Origin: a virus
Taxonomy: Duplodnaviria; Caudoviricetes
Strand: one strand, 5' to 3'
Length of the DNA: 64,000 nt
IMG/VR virus record: IMGVR_UViG_2616644925_000001
Coordinates: 1-64,000 of that record
In this document: positions 20,790 through 30,806 of the stretch, piece by piece
Numbering within the stretch: the first letter of the stretch is position 1
Layout of the letters: each line of letters begins with the position of its first letter
The notes under the pieces: generated by a model
What the model was told of the DNA's origin: nothing
The model's input: only the letters and a program-made list of their open reading frames with translations
The model's database searches: none
Made by a program: the position numbers and the translations under genes

Positions 20790-21694
20790 CGCTTCGCCTC
20801 GCCGCCCAGCGCATCCACCAGCCCGGAGAAGAAGCCGGAAAATTCGGCCGTGAACAGCATGAAGTCGGCCAGCATGCGTGCGCGCTGATCCTCACGGTCA
20901 ATATCATCATTCTGCTGGGTAAGCATGTCGGCGTACTTAATGCCCTTGATGCTCAGGTCATCAGATACGCGACAGAGAATGCGCTCCTGCCAGTCCAGGC
21001 TAAGCTGCGTGACCAGTTTCCCGGCCTCGATGTGAGTACGCACCTCGTCGCTCAGCAAATCCTGTTTTTTGCAGCGGATTTTACCGCCGTCTTCCAGTAT
21101 TGCCGCCAGCTCTGCCTCGTCGCCCAGCGCAAAACCGGCGGGCAGTTCTGCGACGCGTAGCCATTCAGTCAGCGTCAGCTCGATGGGGTCAGCAGTCATC
21201 ATCGGAATAACCGGCAGGGAGCCGATCGTTTTGCGCAGCAGCGCCAGCATATCCTCGGCGGCTTTTGCGCTGGCCGCGTCAACGTAGATACGGCTGTTAA
21301 CGCTATCGATCCAGATGTAGGACTCAGAGCGACGCGTGAAAGCACGCGGCAGAAGCACACACAGCGCCTCGTCTCTCAGGCTGACTCTTTCGCTGCGGCG
21401 CACCTTGCGCGCCTGCTCACGCTCGATTTTCTCCACTTTCTCGGCAACGTAATCATTTAGCGTGGCCGCTGGCATTATTTTGGTTTCATGCTGACAGCAC
21501 AGCAGGTACTGGCCGTTCTCGGCCAGCAGCAGGCCATCTGACGTGACATTGATCCAGCCTGATTTAGCCATGTCCTGCGCTGCGCAGGGGGAAAACGTCA
21601 TCGCCTGCAGCTGCTGCTCCAGCTGTTCCACATCGAGCGGAATATCCCGGTTCAGGCTGTAGGCCATGACGTTTTTAAAGAAGGGTGATTTCAT
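20786..21694 (-). CDS. rdgC: Recombination-associated protein RdgC (P1 HrdC)
   Basis: FFKN...LLPRAF...LRKTIGSLP...DFMLF...ALGGE. Confidence 0.92.
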   Translation of the reverse strand: MKSPFFKNVMAYSLNRDIPLDVEQLEQQLQAMTFSPCAAQDMAKSGWINVTSDGLLLAENGQYLLCCQHETKIMPAATLNDYVAEKVEKIEREQARKVRRSERVSLRDEALCVLLPRAFTRRSESYIWIDSVNSRIYVDAASAKAAEDMLALLRKTIGSLPVIPMMTADPIELTLTEWLRVAELPAGFALGDEAELAAILEDGGKIRCKKQDLLSDEVRTHIEAGKLVTQLSLDWQERILCRVSDDLSIKGIKYADMLTQQNDDIDREDQRARMLADFMLFTAEFSGFFSGLVDALGGEAKR

Positions 21695-21727
21695 TCAGGA
21701 ATGTCTCAACTTATTGCGTTAACACAT

Positions 21728-21745
21728 TCTAAATAAAATTTTAGA
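21728..21745. promoter_or_regulatory. Putative bivalent C1-type operator upstream of rdgC
   Basis: TCTA-N10(AT)-TAGA; repeated at 28738, 61847 and 63236. Confidence 0.6.
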
Positions 21746-21758
21746 TTTAAGATAACCC

Positions 21759-22367
21759 TTACTGTTTGAACGCGAATTGCGGTGCGGTTGCGCTGAATGG
21801 CCCGCCAGACTGGAACACGATTTTTCCGCCAGCCTTAATAGTCAGGTCGCCGCCAATGTCGATTACCAAATTTCCCGGCCCCAGCAGGTAAATATCCCCG
21901 CTTTCGTTCATCCCGACACGCGAACCGCTGGCCGTATTGGCAATCTCATACCCGCCACCAGCAGATCGGATCTCCAGCAGGTTATTGCGGTGCGACACAA
22001 AATCCGTTGTCGGATTCAGGGAAGGGCGCGCCGGCGCACCGTCCACAGCTGGTGGCTCATAGCCGCCACCCTGCCCGGACGCTTCAGGCGCGACGCTTGG
22101 CACGCCGCCCGGTGCCGACTGCGCAGCGCCGGTGATCAGCGGGCGCCGGGTGTCCGGCTTCCCGCGGCCGTCTTTGTAAGGGAACTCCACCCATACCTGA
22201 TCGCCCACAATGCAGGGTACAAACGTGTTGCCGATCGGTAGCTGATATTCGGCCCAGGGAAGGGTATCGGCGTCCACGTCCGCCCACTGCGGAGTAAGGC
22301 GGATCTGCGCCCGCATGTGTCCCTGCGGGTCTTTTGTCGCCGTGATGATGGCGCGCTGCTTACTCAC
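21759..22367 (-). CDS. Baseplate spike (P1 gp5, gpV/VgrG OB-fold)
   Basis: DPQGHMRAQIR...PWA...GDQVWVEF...RPLITG. Confidence 0.85.
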   Translation of the reverse strand: MSKQRAIITATKDPQGHMRAQIRLTPQWADVDADTLPWAEYQLPIGNTFVPCIVGDQVWVEFPYKDGRGKPDTRRPLITGAAQSAPGGVPSVAPEASGQGGGYEPPAVDGAPARPSLNPTTDFVSHRNNLLEIRSAGGGYEIANTASGSRVGMNESGDIYLLGPGNLVIDIGGDLTIKAGGKIVFQSGGPFSATAPQFAFKQ

Positions 22368-23356
22368 TTGTTGGGTACTCCTAAAATCATGCGCGTGGTA
22401 TAGCCAATGCGATCCTCATGGTGAATGACAGCAACGGCGATAAAGTTTTTCGGTAACGTCTCGTCTACCTGGTTTTCCGCGTCATAGCGATGGATCTGCA
22501 CACCTATAACCATGCCCGCGGTAATGTCCGCGTTGCCACTAACCTCAATATCCAGTTTCGGAACGATCACCCGCGCCATGTTGGTAAGCGTGGCAACGTC
22601 GGCGTCGGAAATGTATCTGACCGGCTTTGTCTTATCGCCCACGGCCACGTAGCCCTCTGTCATCGAGTAGCCGACATACTGATAGTCCCGGCTGCTGGTG
22701 GCGGCGGCGTCCTGATTGATGTTGCTCAGCTTGCTGATCGTGTACTCGGCCTGCGGATTGTTGGCCTCATAGATAAACGCCGCCTTTGTGCCGATTAGCT
22801 TTGCCATGTCCTTCATGCAGAACCTGCCGCGGGCGCACCACACCAGCGCGCCGTGATCGTCAGCAATCTGGCGCAGCACGCCGGACGGTTTCTCGCCCAT
22901 ATTCAGGTGATAGGTCATCGCCTTGCGGAAGGCGTCAGCCTCAATCGTCATTTTGCCCGCGAACTCAGCCATAACGTCACCCGGCTGGCGGTCGGCATAC
23001 AGCCGCACACGGGCAGAAGGCGTTTTGAGACGCTTCAGGTCCGCTGACACGGCGATTATCCGCACCACGTCACCGCTGGCGGGCGCGGACGTCACGAAAA
23101 ACGTCTCGGTATACGCGCCGCGCTGCCCGGTCGGGTCGCCCAGTTCTGCCACCAGCTCAGCGCCATACCGGGCGCCCATTTCGTCCACCAGCTTCCCAGC
23201 TGGGTCGTGCGTCTCCAGCACCAGCAGCGGCGCAGTCAGCGACGTCTTCTCGATGTAAATCGCTGACGTTATCCAGCTGCGCGGCATTTCCACGCCGTTC
23301 AGCAGCACTGACTGCAGGAAGTACTGCATGGGCTTATTCTGCTGATCAGCCATCAA
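22364..23356 (-). CDS. Baseplate hub protein (P1 gp6)
   Basis: 330 aa; synteny. Confidence 0.7.
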   Translation of the reverse strand: MMADQQNKPMQYFLQSVLLNGVEMPRSWITSAIYIEKTSLTAPLLVLETHDPAGKLVDEMGARYGAELVAELGDPTGQRGAYTETFFVTSAPASGDVVRIIAVSADLKRLKTPSARVRLYADRQPGDVMAEFAGKMTIEADAFRKAMTYHLNMGEKPSGVLRQIADDHGALVWCARGRFCMKDMAKLIGTKAAFIYEANNPQAEYTISKLSNINQDAAATSSRDYQYVGYSMTEGYVAVGDKTKPVRYISDADVATLTNMARVIVPKLDIEVSGNADITAGMVIGVQIHRYDAENQVDETLPKNFIAVAVIHHEDRIGYTTRMILGVPNK

Positions 23357-24123
23357 TTGCCCCCCGGTGCCAGCTGGGTGTCATACCGGACGCTCCGGGC
23401 ATCAACTTCATGTGCGGTCAGCACATCCACCATGACAATCAGCGACGCCTGGCAGGCGTAAATCCGATCCTGCGTGAACGGCGGCGACATATCGCTGAAC
23501 ATGATGGTCTTGGCGTCCTGAATGCTGCAGTTGAGCTCCACAGGCCAGTGGACCAGCTTCTCCTGCGCTATAAAATTAGTGGAGAGCCGGGAGCGGAAGT
23601 TAGCGGCCAGCGTGTTGCACATCAGCGACAGCGTATCTTTGTCACTGGCTATCAGGGTGATGGAATAATTGAGCGAGGCCTGGGTAGCCTCAAGGTCGGC
23701 CAGCGGCATATTGCCCTGTGACTCGTCTGTAAACTGGCCCAGCTTGCGGTCGATCTCCTGGTCGTTGTTGTCATAGGTGATATCAAACCCGCGAGAAAGG
23801 TTGATCAGCGGCAGGGCGTCGCGGTTCAGGTCCGGCATGTCCGACGCCTTCACGCTGCGGCGTCCGGCGCCCGCCTGGCGCACGGCGCGCAGAAAGTCCA
23901 TGACGTCATCAAACTTGCCGACGAATACACGATCTTCCGGCTTCCGCGCCAGGAATGAGGCAAATCGCTGCTCATGCTGGCGCGGGGCGGTCATTATGGC
24001 GCTGCTGAATACGTCATTCAGCGCCTTCGCTACAGCGGCATCAGCGGCGGTGAAGCCGGTACTCTCCACTTTGCCGGTGCGTGTAGTTACCCATTCTCGG
24101 GTGCGGGAAAGCAGCTGATTCAT
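23353..24123 (-). CDS. Tail terminator (P1 gp24)
   Basis: LPLINLSR motif; synteny. Confidence 0.7.
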   Translation of the reverse strand: MNQLLSRTREWVTTRTGKVESTGFTAADAAVAKALNDVFSSAIMTAPRQHEQRFASFLARKPEDRVFVGKFDDVMDFLRAVRQAGAGRRSVKASDMPDLNRDALPLINLSRGFDITYDNNDQEIDRKLGQFTDESQGNMPLADLEATQASLNYSITLIASDKDTLSLMCNTLAANFRSRLSTNFIAQEKLVHWPVELNCSIQDAKTIMFSDMSPPFTQDRIYACQASLIVMVDVLTAHEVDARSVRYDTQLAPGGN

Positions 24124-24905
24124 TCGATCCGTCCGTTGCTGGTGGTGTCAAAATTGCGGGCAGGAATGCAGTAGTAAAGCGATCCGACATTCTGTGTGCC
24201 GAAGCCGTAAATCCGGTGAACGTACCACCAGCGGCGCGCCAGGGTGCCGCTGGCCATCTCTTCATTCCACTCCAGAATTGAGCCAACCGGCACACCCTCG
24301 GCGGCGATGCGCAGGATCAGCACATCATCGGTTAATCCGTCCTGTTCACCATCGGCATCGAGCACCTGGAAACTCTCGCGCTCGTCCGGGCAGTCAAGCA
24401 CCGTGACAATGACCGGATCGGCATCTTCATAGCTCAGCTGACGCTGGTTGTTGTTCAGCTCGGTGAATGACGGCTGTTCGAAGCCGGTTTCATCGTCCAC
24501 CTCGCCCACGTCGCGCATATCCGGCAGGTACAGCAGCGCCTGATACGCGCTGTAGTCGCTCTCAATCGCTTTAATCCAGTCGCGGCGGACCATGTTGTTA
24601 AACGTGGCGTGACCTTTGTAGCGCGGCTTCAGCGCCGTGCTCTGTTCGCGTGCGGCAAGTGTATCCGGCAGCGGGGTGCTCAGCGGGTCGTGATCCTCAC
24701 TACTGCCGCCGTCAGCGTCATCAGCACCGCCAGTGGTATCGCCATCGGGTGATGTGGCGGCGGTCGGCGCGGCGGCGTCCAGATCGATAACAGCGCCGCT
24801 GCTATCCTGCGTATCGACAGCGGCAGAAGGTTGTTCTGTCTCACTGCTGGTGGCCTCGTTAATCGTCGGTGGATTGTCGGCCAGAAATTCATCGTACCGT
24901 CCCAT
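24120..24905 (-). CDS. Head-tail stopper/neck protein (P1 gp7)
   Basis: Synteny; acidic N-terminus and WWYVHRIY motif. Confidence 0.65.
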   Translation of the reverse strand: MGRYDEFLADNPPTINEATSSETEQPSAAVDTQDSSGAVIDLDAAAPTAATSPDGDTTGGADDADGGSSEDHDPLSTPLPDTLAAREQSTALKPRYKGHATFNNMVRRDWIKAIESDYSAYQALLYLPDMRDVGEVDDETGFEQPSFTELNNNQRQLSYEDADPVIVTVLDCPDERESFQVLDADGEQDGLTDDVLILRIAAEGVPVGSILEWNEEMASGTLARRWWYVHRIYGFGTQNVGSLYYCIPARNFDTTSNGRIE

Positions 24906-26122
24906 TACTGATTACCTGCTTTTGTCTGGTTCTTTGCGTAGTCGATAAACATTTTCTCGGCCTGGGCGCGGGGCGTACCGCTCAGCACCAGGGCGTCAAT
25001 GAACGTCTGGCGCTGGATCTTCGCTTGGTCAGCCAGCTGCTGACGCAGAAGAGTGTTTTTGGCCTTTTCATCCGCCAGCTCGGCCTGTTTCTTCGCGGCG
25101 CGGGTGCGCTGCGCTGCGGTCAGTTTTCTGGCGCGGGTCAGCTGGCCGCGCAGTTTGTCGATCCGCCCGTCGTCGTTGCTCAGGCGCTTGGCCAGCGCGC
25201 CCATGCGCTTCTGATATTTCTCATGCTCACGCTTAACGGCGGCGACGTTCGTCTGTGAACTGCGGTTGCGGTTGAACTTCGCTTTGTCAGCGTCGGTGAA
25301 GTGCTCAGTGGTTTTGCGCGGATCGTCGCCATAGGCGTTGTTACTGGCGCTTTTGTGCAGCGCCTGCCCGATGCGCACCTGCCAGGAGGCAGATTGCAGG
25401 CGGGTGAAGGCGTGAATGACGTGCTTACAGGCAACGCCTTTCAGATTCGGGTTTTTCTCTTTGGGGTAGGCGTACTCTTTTGGCGGGGCAAGGGCAAAGT
25501 TGCCTGCCGTGGCGATGTAGCGATACCAGTACTGGTGACGGCCACAATCGCAATCAAAAGAGACGCGGCCAGCGCAGAGTCGCCTGGCAATTTTGGCCGC
25601 GCTGTCTTTGTCATTGGTCACTTCCTCCATCAGCTGATCCCACTCTTCAAAGCGGAATTTTACGCGGTGATGCTTGTCGAGTGAGACGGCGGACGCCTCC
25701 ACGCTGACAGTCAGCACGTTGTGCTTAAGCGTTGTGGGCGTGGCGCGCTTAATGCCGGATCCGTCGTCTACCCGGTTATTGGCGCGCTTAATGTCGATTT
25801 GCTGACTACTGGCCACCAGCTGCGCATACGTGATCCCGGCCTGCGATGAATTGAACTGCTGGCGGGCGCCAGCGCGATTCGCCTCAAATCCTTTCAGATC
25901 CTCTTTCGTGAAGAACATGCCGGACTTCTTTTTGCCCAGGGCAATAATGTCGTCCAGCGCCTTGTTCTTCAGGGTCAGCGGGTTAAGCGTGCGCCGCGCT
26001 GTACGCCGGGATTTGCGGCGGTCTTTATCAATCTGGTCAAAGACGCGAGAGAACTCTTTGGAGGAAAGCCCTGCCGTGTCGTAGCGCCCGGATTTCGTGC
26101 GAGCAAACGGAGTATCAGCCAC
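24905..26122 (-). CDS. P1 gp25-like protein with SWIM zinc finger
   Basis: CDCGR...CKH SWIM motif; synteny. Confidence 0.75.
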   Translation of the reverse strand: MADTPFARTKSGRYDTAGLSSKEFSRVFDQIDKDRRKSRRTARRTLNPLTLKNKALDDIIALGKKKSGMFFTKEDLKGFEANRAGARQQFNSSQAGITYAQLVASSQQIDIKRANNRVDDGSGIKRATPTTLKHNVLTVSVEASAVSLDKHHRVKFRFEEWDQLMEEVTNDKDSAAKIARRLCAGRVSFDCDCGRHQYWYRYIATAGNFALAPPKEYAYPKEKNPNLKGVACKHVIHAFTRLQSASWQVRIGQALHKSASNNAYGDDPRKTTEHFTDADKAKFNRNRSSQTNVAAVKREHEKYQKRMGALAKRLSNDDGRIDKLRGQLTRARKLTAAQRTRAAKKQAELADEKAKNTLLRQQLADQAKIQRQTFIDALVLSGTPRAQAEKMFIDYAKNQTKAGNQ

Positions 26123-26447
26123 TGATTAACTCCGGCTTCCCGCCTGCAAAGTCGCGTATGCGCCCGCGAAGCCACGCCATATCCGGCAGGGAAAGCGTCT
26201 GGCCTGCGGGCAGTGGCTCCATTTCCGACTCGATGCCGCACAACAGGCGGAACACCCAGCGCAGATCGTCATTACCCTCATAGGCGCGGAATGCCGCCAG
26301 GTCAGCCCGGTATATCTCATCGAGACGGATGGTGTAGTCGCGGTTATCTTCGTGGAATGACGCGGATCGCTTGATCACTTCCTGGTGAAATAGACTGCGC
26401 AGCACTACGTCACTGATCGAGCGATCGTCGAGGCGGTTATAACTCAC
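26115..26447 (-). CDS. Baseplate wedge LysM-like protein (P1 gp26)
   Basis: YRADLAAFRAY...LRWVF...GQTLSLP. Confidence 0.75.
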   Translation of the reverse strand: MSYNRLDDRSISDVVLRSLFHQEVIKRSASFHEDNRDYTIRLDEIYRADLAAFRAYEGNDDLRWVFRLLCGIESEMEPLPAGQTLSLPDMAWLRGRIRDFAGGKPELISG

Positions 26448-27097
26448 AGAATGCGTTCCTCGTCGCTGATTCGCTTACCGGCCAGTGTTTCCGGCACCGC
26501 TTCGGCGGCTTTGATTTTCTCATAGCCGATGATGCGCTTAAGCGAGTCCATAAGGGACGGCTCCGGCGCTGCGGTCGCGGCGGTCATCGCGTTAATGTAG
26601 TCCGCCGAAGCCACGTTGTTATAGCCCACGGCGAAGCAGCACAGGATGGTCAGCACCTGCTCCGGGCGTATCTCACGCCAGTTGATCCGGTAGACCTCTT
26701 CACCGCTGGCGTTGTATTCCACCTCAACGATGGAATCGGGGATCTCAAATGCGCCTTTGTTCTCTGCTGGCAGCGCAATGTTGTCCTGCAGCAGGAGCTC
26801 GTTATAACGCTCGATGCCGATCAGCACCGCTGCGCGCCCGTCGCTTACCCGCGTTTTGAGTGATACGTGGTTGCCGCCGACTTCGTTTGCCACTTTGCCG
26901 GTGGCTTCATCCACCAGCACCTTAAATCCCTGCTTGCGAAGTGCCTCAACGTAGGGGGTGAGTTTGACCAGCTGCTTTCGCATGCTCTTTGGCAGCGCCT
27001 GCGGCTTTGACATAACGAGCGTGTGCTCTTCGTAAATGGCGGTGATCGCCATCGGCTGACTGGTGGAAAGGCTGATTACTGCGATTTTTTGTTTCAC
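26444..27097 (-). CDS. Morphogenetic protein (P1 PmgP-like)
   Basis: VLTILCCFAVGYNNVASADYI resembles the P1 protein as recalled. Confidence 0.6.
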   Translation of the reverse strand: MKQKIAVISLSTSQPMAITAIYEEHTLVMSKPQALPKSMRKQLVKLTPYVEALRKQGFKVLVDEATGKVANEVGGNHVSLKTRVSDGRAAVLIGIERYNELLLQDNIALPAENKGAFEIPDSIVEVEYNASGEEVYRINWREIRPEQVLTILCCFAVGYNNVASADYINAMTAATAAPEPSLMDSLKRIIGYEKIKAAEAVPETLAGKRISDEERIL

Positions 27098-27210
27098 GTC
27101 TGTACCCCTGAAAAGGCGAAAGGCCGCATATAGCGGCCTCTCTGGCTTTTAACGTTCCCAACCGCGCGTTGCAGATTAGGTAAGTTGTCAAAAATTCCAT
27201 CAGGGAACCG

Positions 27211-28002
27211 CTAACAGCTTGGGGCGACTGTAAGCGGTTTGTACTTTGCAAAGTTAGTGTCAATCAGTTTTTTCACTGATTTTTTTACATTCCGATCAAG
27301 GTATTCATGGACGCTCTCCACAAAGATTCGAATGTGCGCAATGCATGATTCGACCAGAGAAATGTCGATATGAATTTCTTCACCGCCTATTTTTTTTCCG
27401 TTGCGATGAACAATGTCATGCCGCAATGCCATTAGATCACGAATTACTTTATTATCATCATTTAAAACTGATGGAAACTTCTCACCAATAATGTCTGTGT
27501 AGACTTTAGATACTTTATCCATATTATGGTAAAGGACATGTGATAAATGGCCCATTATTGCATTGTCTAAAATATCTTTTGGATTTTTATCGAGCAAGAG
27601 TGGAGCGCTTATTTTAAGGGTTTTAAGGTCATTTATTTCGTTGATAGCATTACGCCTGAACGCCTCATACTGCATGGTCACAGATTTTAGCATTTCGCTA
27701 AGGCATGACTCCATCAGCGTCACGGCATAGGAGAATCGCATCTTCAGATAGATGTGACCATTACCTGTGTGCATTTCTGATAACCGTACCGACTCAAGCT
27801 CCTCTAGGAAGTCATCATATATTTCGGTGTGTCTATTTTTCTTTGACCACTCAACATCATTTAAATAACTATCTAGGGAGCCATAATCTGTTTTTTGCAA
27901 AACCATCATGCTATTCATTATGTATTGCGCGCCTGAAAACATGGTATCTATTTCAGTTTTTGAAATATTCCCGTAATTTTCAACCATTCCTTCAATGCTC
28001 AT
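27211..28002 (-). CDS. AT-rich HEPN-domain protein (putative RNase/defence)
   Basis: RHDIVH Rx4H motif with upstream E (TLMESCL); low GC. Confidence 0.7.
   Translation of the reverse strand: MSIEGMVENYGNISKTEIDTMFSGAQYIMNSMMVLQKTDYGSLDSYLNDVEWSKKNRHTEIYDDFLEELESVRLSEMHTGNGHIYLKMRFSYAVTLMESCLSEMLKSVTMQYEAFRRNAINEINDLKTLKISAPLLLDKNPKDILDNAIMGHLSHVLYHNMDKVSKVYTDIIGEKFPSVLNDDNKVIRDLMALRHDIVHRNGKKIGGEEIHIDISLVESCIAHIRIFVESVHEYLDRNVKKSVKKLIDTNFAKYKPLTVAPSC
27227..27247 (-). promoter_or_regulatory. Late (Lpa-type) promoter for the gp26-gp5 operon
   Basis: AAAGTACAAA-N5-TACAGT. Confidence 0.7.
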
Positions 28003-28044
28003 TTTATATTCCTTTAAGGTTATGTTTATAGCTGATTGAGGATG

Positions 28045-28725
28045 TCAAACTGTGAGTAGCTCAGTCCTATTTTTGGGGAGCAAATGAATGATACCAGCTA
28101 AATTATAGGCTTTGACCAACAATTCCTGTTCGGTTCCGTTCTGCCGGGAGAACTCAGCTTTGCCGCCGGTGATGCCATCAGCATGTACTGGCACAAGCCA
28201 GGGGAACTCAGCGCGGATGTGTGCCGGAGCGGAGTGCTGGTGGTGATGATCGCAAAGGGGGAGCTGTAACAGATGCGCGCCGGATTTCGTCCGGCCCTCG
28301 ATGTGATGCAGGCTGATTAGCGGTGATTCTTTCCCGTGTTGCAGACAGGCAATACAGGGCAGTTTTCCCAGTGCATCCATTACTACGCGCTCGGCTGCGG
28401 TCGGGGTGCGCCCTTTAAGGCCTCTGCCTGATGCGCTGGCGCGTGTTTGCCGCTTCGGTGTCACAGGTGCAGGCTTTTTCTCTTTCAGACGCTCAGAGGC
28501 GCTTACAGCGCGTTTTACTGCTTTGGCTCTTTGCTCTGCAATCCATTCCGGGGAATTGCGCTTCTCGATCTGCCTGGCAATCATTCTGCTGCTGGTGGCC
28601 TTCTGCTTAGCATACTGCTGCTGGCGATACTCCGGATCTGCCAGTTTTGCTGCCTGTTTCTCGCGGTGGCGCTGCTGCGCTCTGGCCTGCTTTTCCCGTA
28701 CAGCCTGAAAATCTGCATTTTCCAT
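28045..28725 (-). CDS. ref: Recombination enhancement function, RecA-dependent HNH nuclease
   Basis: GLKGRTPTAAE...LPCIAC...SLHHIEGRT...LPLC..HHQH...PWLVPVHADG matches P1 Ref. Confidence 0.9.
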   Translation of the reverse strand: MENADFQAVREKQARAQQRHREKQAAKLADPEYRQQQYAKQKATSSRMIARQIEKRNSPEWIAEQRAKAVKRAVSASERLKEKKPAPVTPKRQTRASASGRGLKGRTPTAAERVVMDALGKLPCIACLQHGKESPLISLHHIEGRTKSGAHLLQLPLCDHHHQHSAPAHIRAEFPWLVPVHADGITGGKAEFSRQNGTEQELLVKAYNLAGIIHLLPKNRTELLTV

Positions 28726-28831
28726 GATTTAATCAAATCTAAATTATTTTTTAGATTGTTGATCAGCTCATGCCTGCTGTAAAGCAATCCGTAATTAACC
28801 GTGGGACAATTACACTTTTTCCCGGCTGGAG

Positions 28832-28930
28832 TGTGGATAATCTGTGGCTTGTGGAGTTATCCACTTATCCACTGGATAGATCATATAAATCGATCATATA
28901 GAGATCATAGATAGATCCTAACAGATCACC
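28832..28930. promoter_or_regulatory. Plasmid origin: DnaA boxes and GATC cluster
   Basis: TGTGGATAA at 28832, two TTATCCACT near 28857-28873, five GATC at ~28879-28927. Confidence 0.85.
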
Positions 28931-28974
28931 ATGCTTTCAAGTTCATGTATTTTATAGGGAAAATTGCATTTTAC

Positions 28975-29076
28975 GTTAGTCTATTCATGGTAATGGTTAG
29001 TCTATTCATGGTGAATGTTAGTCTGTTCATGGTAATTGTTAGTTTATTCATGGTAGGGTGTTAGTCTATTCATGGT
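28975..29076 (+). repeat. Five origin iterons GTTAGTCTATTCATGGT
   Basis: Copies at 28975, 28996, 29017, 29038 and 29060 (21-22 bp period). Confidence 0.95.
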
Positions 29077-29118
29077 GACGGCCATAAATATTCACATCAC
29101 TACAATCAGGCGATATCA

Positions 29119-30003
29119 ATGGGAAATGGTAATCAAATCAAGACAATAAATGATGCCTTGTCATTTGTTGGTGGTGAAGAAGGGAAGACTTATACACTGA
29201 CACCAACGGCTAATAGAACTGTCCAGCCAATAGCATTGATGCGCCTGGGAGTTTTTGTCCCATCTGCTAAAAATAAGCCCATAGCCGGACGCGGAAACTC
29301 CAATATTGACGCATCGGAAGACCTGCGCGAGCTCGAAATAGCTAAGGCTGAGGGCTACACCAACATCAACATCCGCGGCAGTCGCCTTGATATGAGTACA
29401 GACTTCAAGACGTGGATAGGCGCTATACGGGCGTTCTCTAAATATGGCGACCACTCCAATCGAATAGAGTTGCCGTTCACTGAATTTGCCAAACTAACGG
29501 GCATCGCTGTTGATGACATCAACCAGCGGGCGCGTGACCGTTTTTTTGCATCACTTAGCCGCATTGCATCCATCGTGGTTTCATTTAAAAACAAAGACGG
29601 CAGTAAAGGCACTATCACCCACTTACTGCAAAGTGCGACGTTCGATATCGAGAGAGACGTTATCTCGCTGGAGGGCGACTCCAGGCTATGGGAGCTATAT
29701 GCGTTTGATCATAAAGTCTTGTTGCAGCTTAAGGCCATACAGGCATTACCACGCAAGGAATCTGCTCAAGCTCTCTATGTATACATCGAAAGTATGCCAA
29801 ATGGGTTCATACAGATATCACTGGAGCGTTTGCGTGAACGGCTTAATCTGACATCCAGTATCAGTGCGCAAAATTTGGCAGTGAGAAATGCTATGAAGGA
29901 GCTACAGAAGATAGGCTATCTGACCTACTCAGAAGTGAAGAAAGATGGGGTAGTGTACTTCCAAATCCATTCGCGCCGCCCGGAGCTGTTACCAGCTGAA
30001 TGA
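29119..30003 (+). CDS. repA: Plasmid replication initiator RepA (P1/RepFIB type)
   Basis: TVQPIALMRLGVFVP, RLDMSTDFKTW and ESAQALY motifs; flanked by iterons. Confidence 0.95.
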   Translation: MGNGNQIKTINDALSFVGGEEGKTYTLTPTANRTVQPIALMRLGVFVPSAKNKPIAGRGNSNIDASEDLRELEIAKAEGYTNINIRGSRLDMSTDFKTWIGAIRAFSKYGDHSNRIELPFTEFAKLTGIAVDDINQRARDRFFASLSRIASIVVSFKNKDGSKGTITHLLQSATFDIERDVISLEGDSRLWELYAFDHKVLLQLKAIQALPRKESAQALYVYIESMPNGFIQISLERLRERLNLTSSISAQNLAVRNAMKELQKIGYLTYSEVKKDGVVYFQIHSRRPELLPAE

Positions 30004-30004
30004 C

Positions 30005-30229
30005 GTTAGGTGATTCATGGTGAACGTTAGGTGAAAACCGGTAACGCACGCATAACGTTAGGTGATTCATGGACGGCATTAGTCTATTCATGGTAAATGT
30101 TAGAAAATAGCTGCAATTTTAGGCGTCATGCGGGCGAAATGCCCTGCACACCATGAATAGACTAACACTGAGCATTGGCTGGTGGTGAGAACCATGAATA
30201 GACTAATGCTTGCCATGAATAGACTAACA
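30005..30229. repeat. Copy-control (incA-like) iterons in both orientations
   Basis: Direct copies at ~30005, 30057, 30078; inverted copies at ~30150, 30191, 30213. Confidence 0.9.
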
Positions 30230-30347
30230 TTCATGCCATATCTTGTTTGATGTAACTGCTACTGCCCGCCACGAAACCAACGACATTTACCGCACACTGT
30301 CATCTCGGCTGCCAGCATAAAAAAAGCCGCCCAAAGGCGGCTTACAG

Positions 30348-30470
30348 TCAGTTGCTATGGATTACTGTCACCGGCACATTGATGCTGGTATTGATGTTCA
30401 TACCTTCACCTCCGTTTGGATGCAGTAACGCCACCAGCAATGACACAACGATGAGTCCGTTGCGCTTCAT
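30348..30470 (-). CDS. 40-aa hydrophobic peptide, TimP-like type I toxin candidate
   Basis: MKRNGLIVVSLLVALLHPNGGEGMNINTSINVPVTVIHSN; ~200-nt leader; terminator directly downstream. Confidence 0.6.
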   Translation of the reverse strand: MKRNGLIVVSLLVALLHPNGGEGMNINTSINVPVTVIHSN

Positions 30471-30806
30471 TGTGAATGCCTTGCAGGTTATGACCAGTGG
30501 CGTTCGGTACGCCCCGCAAGCAAGAGGAAACTTATGCTTGTGTTCGGTCGGGATTAACAGGACAACAAGGTACCGAATGGGCTGATAATCCCCCTCGCTG
30601 TTTTGTCTGAACTTAGCATGCCACAATCATGTGCCTGGTTTCATTGCCTTTCCGGCATATGCGTCTAAGATTGCGGTAAAAAAGTACTCTATTGACGAAA
30701 AAAAAATCAATTAACTAACCGTTTTGTAAAACCACACAGTGCCTTTCCTGAAAGAGATTTTCTATACACAAGTTGCAAAGTAGGTCATGCGACGTATACT
30801 GGCTTT

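Noticed and set aside
28975-29076. Regularly spaced repeats as a CRISPR array
   Set aside because: The gaps are only 4-5 bp and the repeats flank repA, so they are iterons.
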